Shown here piece by piece: positions 57,570-64,000 of a DNA stretch of 64,000 nt; within the stretch, counting starts at the first letter, position 1; the number at the start of each line of letters is the position of its first letter. The notes beneath the pieces were generated by a model. It did no database searches, had not been told where the DNA came from, and was given only the letters and a program-made list of their open reading frames with translations. Both the position numbers and the translations under genes were made by a program. This stretch comes from Rikenellaceae bacterium (lineage in GTDB: Bacteria > Bacteroidota > Bacteroidia > Bacteroidales > Rikenellaceae): NCBI GenBank assembly GCA_047172325.1, contig JBCQWG010000004.1, positions 7,118-71,117 of the forward strand, read 5' to 3'.

Positions 57570-58982
57570 TTACTTCAACCAACCTTTATTTAGAAATTCA
57601 TCACTATGGAACTCAGGATCAATATAGACATACATTCTGTCGATACGCTTCGAGAACCAATCGTTGAAGATGCGCTCTTGCTTATCGGCCAATGCCATCT
57701 CCTCAATTCTCAAATAATCATCCGAAAGCGATGCACGGTGAGCAGGAATCACCTCAACGAGCTTAACAATCTTAGAGAGCTTATTTCCTACAAGATCCTC
57801 CGTTGCAAAGGCCTTTGAAATTTGACCAACCTCCATATCTTTAAGAGCCATATAATCATCAATGCTCTTGTATCCACGATTTCCAAAATCCTCTTTCAAG
57901 AACTTGGTTACAGTCATCTTTGCATCATTGATATTATATTGCGCTAAAAGATCGTGGTTTGAAACAATACCACCATTCATCTTCGAAGATGCATCATCTG
58001 AATAGCTTTTAGCTGCCACCTCAAACGAGATAGAACCATCAACAATCTTGCCTGCTAGACTATCAAGGAACTGAGAGGGCTCGGCAAGCTCATCGGCAGT
58101 ATATACCGGACGCAACAATATGTGACGGCAGTGATATAGTTCACCTCGCTTATCGATAAGTTCAATGATGTGAAAACCAAACTCTGTCTCCACAACCTCT
58201 GATATTTGACCCGGCTGCAACTGCTCCAAGGCTGTTGCGAACGACTCTACAAAGCCATTTGCGGGCTGTGGCTCCATCTCACCACCGCGATATGCTGATC
58301 CGGGATCTACCGAATACATACGAGCTAATGCCTCAAAACGAGTCTCACCAGAGATAACACGTTGACGCATCTCCACAAGACGAGTTCTAACACGACGCTT
58401 AGCCTCATCTATAGAACTTGGAAAACGAGTGATGTGAGCATAAACATATTGCTCTCCAATAATTGGAAGAGAATCTACAGACTTGCTATTGTAGTATTGC
58501 TCTACCTCACCGGGGATAACCTTCACCTTACCTACTACCTCTTGACGCATTGATTGAGCATAATATTGTTGCTCATACTTTTGACGCATGCTAGATTTGA
58601 TATTGAAGATCGCCATATTGTGCTGCTTCTCCAACTCTTTGACGCCTCCAACCTGCTCAGCCATATTATCCACCATGTTGTCAACCGAAATAGCAATATC
58701 AGTCGAATTGATCTCAACAGAGTCAATTAACGCTTGATTATAGAGTAGCGATTGCGACATAAGTGTCTCTAGGGACTCAACCATAGGATCACGATCAGAA
58801 GTATAACCTTGTTGTCGACGCTGCTCCACCAATTGATTGGCATATTCAACCACCTCCGAGTGAAGGATGGATGAACTTCCAACAACTGCAACGACCTTGT
58901 CGAGCATTACTTTTTGTGGCTGTGCCACCACTACAATTGCATTGATTGCAAGCAGCAGAGATAATAGTGTTCTCTTAATCAT
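57570..58982 (-). CDS. surA: SurA-like parvulin peptidyl-prolyl isomerase
   Basis: DKVVAVVG, FEALARMYSVDPGS..GG, ETEFGFHII, RHILL, second parvulin domain. Confidence 0.87.
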   Translation of the reverse strand: MIKRTLLSLLLAINAIVVVAQPQKVMLDKVVAVVGSSSILHSEVVEYANQLVEQRRQQGYTSDRDPMVESLETLMSQSLLYNQALIDSVEINSTDIAISVDNMVDNMAEQVGGVKELEKQHNMAIFNIKSSMRQKYEQQYYAQSMRQEVVGKVKVIPGEVEQYYNSKSVDSLPIIGEQYVYAHITRFPSSIDEAKRRVRTRLVEMRQRVISGETRFEALARMYSVDPGSAYRGGEMEPQPANGFVESFATALEQLQPGQISEVVETEFGFHIIELIDKRGELYHCRHILLRPVYTADELAEPSQFLDSLAGKIVDGSISFEVAAKSYSDDASSKMNGGIVSNHDLLAQYNINDAKMTVTKFLKEDFGNRGYKSIDDYMALKDMEVGQISKAFATEDLVGNKLSKIVKLVEVIPAHRASLSDDYLRIEEMALADKQERIFNDWFSKRIDRMYVYIDPEFHSDEFLNKGWLK

Positions 58983-59020
58983 AATTGTATCTTAATATTC
59001 TTATTTCTTTCTTGTTTACT

Positions 59021-59893
59021 TCAATTTTCGCGCTCCTTATATTGTCTCTTAATCACCCCCTCCAACAAAGCCTCACCATAGAGCGTCTGCTCATTAGCTC
59101 GAATCAATGCTTGGTTACGCTCCGTGATAAGTATTGTTCTAATTGTCGAACGCACCCACTCCAAAGGAGCAATATCACCGACAACCTTATGGTCAAATAT
59201 CTGGTAATAATAGTCATAGTTGCTATCCTTCATCTGAATAACTCCCCTCTCAGAGATCAACTTATCGCTCTCATCACTACGTACCAAAGGCAACAAGTCT
59301 AGAAGCTCAGCTGCCTCAAACCACGACAAAGATAGATCTGTAAATTCAAATCCATTCTTCTCACATATCGCTACGAGGTCATTTCGCTTGGTCTCCGAGT
59401 TCGACTCCATCAACTCCTTCACCTTCTTGGATTGGTCATGGTCTATTGGTACACGCAAGACCTCTCCTTTAATTATGTCTCTATTCAAACGAAAATTACT
59501 CTCATGATTTAAGTAATACTCTTGAATCTGCTGATCTGTGTAGGTGGTATCTGCCGATATGCTCACACAACGTTCATCGAGCTTCTTTATAAGCAAAAGT
59601 TGTCTATACTCCTCAACCATCGACTCAATATCCGCTTCCGACGAGAGAAAAATCCGCTCCGCCTCACGCAGCTTAACCTGCTTTCGAATCCACTTATCAA
59701 TAAAGACCTCTACAAAAGCAACACTATCTTCGCCTCGATACTCCTTCGGAACGACACTCTCTAACTCGCTTTGCATAAGTGTATTACCATCAACCTCTGC
59801 CAACACCACACCACCAACCATATTTACATGGAAGTCACGGCACGAAACAAAGCCGAGCAGTAGAAGCGGGGTTATATATAATAATATCTTCAT
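59021..59893 (-). CDS. SurA/PpiC-related lipoprotein (chaperone-like)
   Basis: Lipobox FVSC; LAEVDGNTL, FIDKWI; upstream of surA. Confidence 0.7.
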   Translation of the reverse strand: MKILLYITPLLLLGFVSCRDFHVNMVGGVVLAEVDGNTLMQSELESVVPKEYRGEDSVAFVEVFIDKWIRKQVKLREAERIFLSSEADIESMVEEYRQLLLIKKLDERCVSISADTTYTDQQIQEYYLNHESNFRLNRDIIKGEVLRVPIDHDQSKKVKELMESNSETKRNDLVAICEKNGFEFTDLSLSWFEAAELLDLLPLVRSDESDKLISERGVIQMKDSNYDYYYQIFDHKVVGDIAPLEWVRSTIRTILITERNQALIRANEQTLYGEALLEGVIKRQYKEREN

Positions 59894-59960
59894 TCGAAGC
59901 TACAAAAATAGGATTTTTACTCCAAAAAAACGCATAGAGTCACTATTTTATTGTTAAAAT

Positions 59961-60860
59961 TTAAAAATTATCCTCCTCTTGTGAATCCACACCCTCCTGC
60001 TGAGCTACAATCTTCTTAAATTGACGAGAACAGATCACAATAGAAATAATTAATACTAACACCGCTACAGCATAAACAACATAATATATATTCTGATTAG
60101 TGATTAGATCCTTCAACATTACATTCTCACCCATATCAAGTAAAATTAATATATATGCCAACGCATTGTTAAGTGCATGAAGGATCATCGACGCAATAAG
60201 CGAGCGGCTACGAATATAGATATAGCAGAGAATCAAACCCATAAAAAAAGCATTCACGATCATCGCTGGATGAAGATGCATCAATCCAAAGAAGAGAGAT
60301 GAGACAAGACACGCTACAACAATACCACTCTTCAAACGAAGTGATTCATAGATCATACCCCTACATATAATCTCTTCGAAGATTGGAGCTACGAGAACCA
60401 ATGCTACAAGCATAGGCCAACCACGCCCCTCAACATCTGGAACAGATGGCAATAGTGATAAAATAGGCTCTAGAACGACCGACATAGAGACGATCATAAG
60501 TAATCCACCAAGAAGCACCGTGGGATTAAAGCCTTTAATCGAGAAGCGCAACACGGGCGGCTCGGCACCGCGACGACGACGCAAAAAAGAGATAAAGATA
60601 ACGGTAATAGCCATTGATATAATTTGAGCTATCAGCATAGTCCAAGCCATGCGCAAATCTGTTGTCAACGGCTCTGAGAAGAGCTTCACAATAAGCATAG
60701 AGGCAAAAACAGCCCCCAGCTGCGAGACTATAAAAACTCCAAAAATTGCAGCCAAATCGGTAAAGGTTGGATATAATCGTCCCTGCTTTACTTCGAACTC
60801 TTCTTTAAATTCTTCTTCTTGAATGTGTACATTCAACTCATCTTCAGGTGTTGTATTCAT
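59961..60860 (-). CDS. CPBP/Abi (CAAX) intramembrane metalloprotease
   Basis: APIFEEIICRG, FGLMH, HALNN. Confidence 0.9.
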   Translation of the reverse strand: MNTTPEDELNVHIQEEEFKEEFEVKQGRLYPTFTDLAAIFGVFIVSQLGAVFASMLIVKLFSEPLTTDLRMAWTMLIAQIISMAITVIFISFLRRRRGAEPPVLRFSIKGFNPTVLLGGLLMIVSMSVVLEPILSLLPSVPDVEGRGWPMLVALVLVAPIFEEIICRGMIYESLRLKSGIVVACLVSSLFFGLMHLHPAMIVNAFFMGLILCYIYIRSRSLIASMILHALNNALAYILILLDMGENVMLKDLITNQNIYYVVYAVAVLVLIISIVICSRQFKKIVAQQEGVDSQEEDNF

Positions 60861-60893
60861 AATAAATATAAATTTAGCAAAAAATTAATAGCT

Positions 60894-60951
60894 CAAAGAT
60901 ACTCATTTTTCGAATAGAATTATTATTTTTGATATAAAATCACTAATTTTG
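60894..60951. promoter_or_regulatory. Divergent -7 elements (CPBP / parA)
   Basis: TATCTTTG on the minus strand (60894-60901); TAATTTTG on the plus strand (60944-60951). Confidence 0.55.
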
Positions 60952-60981
60952 CCAAAATTATAATTTTCAACTTTAAAACTT

Positions 60982-61749
60982 ATGGCAAAGGTTATCGCAT
61001 TGGCGAATCAAAAAGGAGGCGTTGGTAAAACCACCACAGCAATCAATCTTGCTGCATCATTGGCTATTTTAGGCGAAAAGGTGCTCTTATTGGATGCCGA
61101 CCCTCAAGCAAATGCCACATCGGGGCTGGGCTTTGACATCAACTTAGATGGCATATATGAGTGTCTTATAGGCGAGAAGTCTGCGCGTGAGGTTATCCTC
61201 CATAGTCCAGATCTTGATAATCTATACCTACTTCCATCTAGCATTGATCTTGTTGCGGCAGATTCAGAGCTGCCAAAGTTCGAGAATCCACACTTCCTAA
61301 TGAAACGAGTGCTCGAAGAGATTCGCGCAGATTATGACTATATACTTATCGACTGCTCCCCTTCGCTTGGATATACTACCGTTAATATCTTTACTGCGGC
61401 CGACGCTGTTCTAATCCCTGTTCAGTGTGAATATCTTGCGCTAGAGGGTCTAAGCAAGTTGCTAAATACTGTGAAGATCGTTAAGAGTGGACTCAATCCA
61501 GAGCTTGAGATCCAAGGCTTTATCCTCACCATGTATATGCGCAACCGCCTTAACAACCAAGTTGTGAATGAGGTTCGTGCCCATTTTGGCGATCTAGCAT
61601 ACGAAACTGTTATACAGCGAAATATTAGATTAGGAGAGGCTCCATCGTATGGTAAGCCTGTGATGTTATATGATGCTTCAGCTGTAGGATCAAAAAATTA
61701 TATGAATTTGGCGAAGGAGTTTATCAAACGAGAGCGTGAAAACAGATAA
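60982..61749 (+). CDS. parA: Chromosome partitioning ATPase ParA/Soj
   Basis: NQKGGVGKTT, DADPQAN, IDCSPSLG, PVQCEY, EAPS. Confidence 0.96.
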   Translation: MAKVIALANQKGGVGKTTTAINLAASLAILGEKVLLLDADPQANATSGLGFDINLDGIYECLIGEKSAREVILHSPDLDNLYLLPSSIDLVAADSELPKFENPHFLMKRVLEEIRADYDYILIDCSPSLGYTTVNIFTAADAVLIPVQCEYLALEGLSKLLNTVKIVKSGLNPELEIQGFILTMYMRNRLNNQVVNEVRAHFGDLAYETVIQRNIRLGEAPSYGKPVMLYDASAVGSKNYMNLAKEFIKRERENR

Positions 61750-61764
61750 GAACAACCTAAAAAT

Positions 61765-62640
61765 ATGAAACCACAAAAAGGACTCGGTAGAGGATTGGAT
61801 GCCATATTTGGCGCCGAAGTAATCGAACCAAAAATAAAGCCAATGGGCGAAATTGCGCAAATTGCTCTCTCCAAAATTAAGCCCAACCCCACGCAGCCAC
61901 GTCGCGAATTTGACGAAGAGGCTCTTGAGAGTTTAGCCGCCTCCATACGCTCACTGGGTATCATTCAACCTATCACCGTTAAAGATAACGGCAATAGCAA
62001 CTATATCATTATCAGCGGAGAACGTCGTTGGAGAGCCTCCAAAATGGCTGAGATGGAGACGATACCTGCATATATCCGACAAGCAAACAACCAAGATTTA
62101 CACACGATGGCTCTCGTTGAGAATGTGCAGCGTCAAGATCTTAATCCAATTGAGATATCACTCAGCATGCAACGTTTGATTGATGAATGTGGATTAACTC
62201 AAGAGGCGCTCTCTCAGAAGGTTGGCATTAAACGACCAACGATATCAAACTATTTGCGACTATTAAATCTTCCAGACGCTATACAATTTGCCCTTAAATC
62301 AGGCGTTATAACTATGGGGCATGCTAAAGCAATTGCGAGTGTTGACCCAAGTAAACAGATAGCATTTATGAAGCATTGTGTGGAGAAGGCTCTTTCGGTT
62401 CGTCAAACAGAAGAGGCTGCACGCGCAATGCAGGCAGAAAAACCAACAAAGAGTGAGGTAGAATTTGAGGAAGAATACCCTGAAAGCTATATGCGATTGG
62501 CAGAGAAATTGGAGAGTTACTTCTCTGAAAACATCTCTATAAAAAGAACAAAAAAGGGTGGAGGTAAAATCACCATAGAGTTTAAGGACGATAAAGAGAT
62601 TGATACATTTATATCTCGTTTTGAGCAGCACAACAACTAA
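61765..62640 (+). CDS. parB: Chromosome partitioning protein ParB/Spo0J
   Basis: LGRGLDA, QPR, GERRWRA, ENVQRQDL, HTH. Confidence 0.96.
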   Translation: MKPQKGLGRGLDAIFGAEVIEPKIKPMGEIAQIALSKIKPNPTQPRREFDEEALESLAASIRSLGIIQPITVKDNGNSNYIIISGERRWRASKMAEMETIPAYIRQANNQDLHTMALVENVQRQDLNPIEISLSMQRLIDECGLTQEALSQKVGIKRPTISNYLRLLNLPDAIQFALKSGVITMGHAKAIASVDPSKQIAFMKHCVEKALSVRQTEEAARAMQAEKPTKSEVEFEEEYPESYMRLAEKLESYFSENISIKRTKKGGGKITIEFKDDKEIDTFISRFEQHNN

Positions 62641-62643
62641 TTA

Positions 62644-63777
62644 ATGAATATTAATCACAATATAATAAGGCATATAGCAACAATAGCCCTATTAATCATA
62701 CTATGCTGCAATACGGCATATTCTCAACTTCGACGCTCCAACAAGAGTTACGTTGAGGGGGGTGTTTTGATGCGTCCCGACACAACTGCGGTTGACTCAC
62801 TATCCCTTTTGAAAACTGATCTGACAGACTCTCTACTTCGAGCAGAGGCTACAGCATCACAGCGGGACTCATTATCATCTCCCGTTGCCCTCAAAGCAAC
62901 ATCTCCATTGCTTCACACAGCAGCAGAGGAGGAGCCCCGCACACCTTTCTTTAGTGATTCAATGTCAATATCGAAGATGTGCTGGATTGCCGCAGTGCTA
63001 CCCGGATATGGTCAAATATATAATAAACAATATTGGAAACTACCTATCCTATATGGTACTGTAGGAGCTGGATTAGCGCTATATTTCAACGAAAATAAGA
63101 CCTATAAGCCACTTCGTGAAGAGTATGATGAACTCATGCTCCAGAGTGGAACCTATCGCACCGAAGAGCTCAACACAGTTCAAGCGGCTATGATAAAGAG
63201 TAATTCGCGAAGACAATTATACATGGGAGCTGCAATTGCATCATATATCTTCTTCTTGGGCGACGCTGCCGTAAACTACTCCACCAATGAGGTCTCTGAT
63301 GTTAAGAAGGCCACTACCCTATCTATGATATGTCCCGGTGCAGGTCAATTCTACAATAAGAGTTATTGGCGCATCCCAATTGTCGTTGGTATGTTTGCAT
63401 CTACAATATATGTGTACGACTGGAATAATCGAGGATATCAACGCTTCAAAACAGCCTACAACCTAGTTATAGATTATACAAATAATCCTGATGACTACCC
63501 CGACGGATCTCCCGACGAATTTGCAGGCGCCTACTCTGCATCAACGCTCAAAAGCTACCGCAATAGCTATCGCCGCAATCGTGACTTCGCTGTGATCCTA
63601 ACGGCAGGAGCATACCTTCTTCAAGTGCTTGATGCACACGTCGATGCGCACCTTAAAGATTTTGACATCTCAGATGATTTAACACTCAATGTCAATCCAA
63701 TGGTTGACTACTCACAAGCAGCTATGGGCTATAGTGAATCAGCTGTCTATGGACTCAACATTAACCTCAGATTTTAA
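62644..63777 (+). CDS. DUF5683-like protein with two tandem PG.GQ.YNK.YW repeats
   Basis: LPGYGQIYNKQYWKLP and CPGAGQFYNKSYWRIP; DAHVDAHL; position after parB. Confidence 0.75.
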   Translation: MNINHNIIRHIATIALLIILCCNTAYSQLRRSNKSYVEGGVLMRPDTTAVDSLSLLKTDLTDSLLRAEATASQRDSLSSPVALKATSPLLHTAAEEEPRTPFFSDSMSISKMCWIAAVLPGYGQIYNKQYWKLPILYGTVGAGLALYFNENKTYKPLREEYDELMLQSGTYRTEELNTVQAAMIKSNSRRQLYMGAAIASYIFFLGDAAVNYSTNEVSDVKKATTLSMICPGAGQFYNKSYWRIPIVVGMFASTIYVYDWNNRGYQRFKTAYNLVIDYTNNPDDYPDGSPDEFAGAYSASTLKSYRNSYRRNRDFAVILTAGAYLLQVLDAHVDAHLKDFDISDDLTLNVNPMVDYSQAAMGYSESAVYGLNINLRF

Positions 63778-63779
63778 AT

Positions 63780-64000
63780 ATGAAACTGTCAACGATACTC
63801 TCCCTATCACTTATCACCCTATCACTATCTGCCACACCTCTCTCAGCGGCAGATCAATTTTGGAAAAAGCAGAAAAAAACAGCTGCTGTAGAGGCTCTAG
63901 AGAGGCCCGACACAACTCAAGTAACAGTTGAGCAACAGATTACGCCATCACCTCTAGAGAAGATCTCGGCTGACTCACTAGCCAAAATTGAGGCCGAACG
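63780..64000 (+). CDS. Secreted protein, N-terminus only (partial); possibly a lytic transglycosylase by gene order
   Basis: MKLSTILSLSLITLSLSATPLSAADQFWKKQ... open to the window end; signal peptide. Product is a guess from context. Confidence 0.45.
   Translation, partial: MKLSTILSLSLITLSLSATPLSAADQFWKKQKKTAAVEALERPDTTQVTVEQQITPSPLEKISADSLAKIEAE

Noticed and set aside
60982-62640. parAB as a plasmid/ICE marker; nearby parS or oriC
   Set aside because: Chromosomal Soj/Spo0J type among core genes. I did not spot a full TGTTTCACGTGAAACA site or a DnaA-box cluster by eye.
1203-63931. Dozens of 60-140 aa ORFs antisense to or nested in long genes (e.g. 12825..13154, 19369..19722, 59544..59957)
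   Set aside because: Shadow frames of well-recognised genes, with no motifs or independent expression signals.

Overview
A gene-dense, mostly housekeeping stretch of a Bacteroidota chromosome. The protein sequences, gene order (parE-parC, clpP-clpX, surA-ostA, parA-parB-DUF5683, alaS next to M23 peptidases) and many TAnnTTTG promoter elements suggest Rikenellaceae (Alistipes-like); this taxonomy is inferred. About 50 CDSs are present, and I saw no rRNA, tRNA, CRISPR array or transposase. Six things stand out. (1) Three copies of a non-coding, hairpin-packed miniature inverted-repeat element with ISAs1-like ends (14380-14626, 37841-38007, 53546-53988); its long stems diverge between copies yet stay complementary. 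(2) An AraC-linked four-gene cobalamin methyltransferase cassette (16534-19820) with a visible 21-bp-period tandem operator. (3) An orphan holin plus unimolecular-spanin-like gene pair with no endolysin or other phage genes (36867-37753). (4) An AddB-like nuclease gene broken by a single in-frame amber codon (31959-31961). (5) A secreted, truncated, apparently catalytically dead GH2/LacZ-like protein. (6) An OstA-like protein with a His-rich insertion dense in O-glycosylation sequons. All product calls come from motif recognition by eye; no database searches were run.
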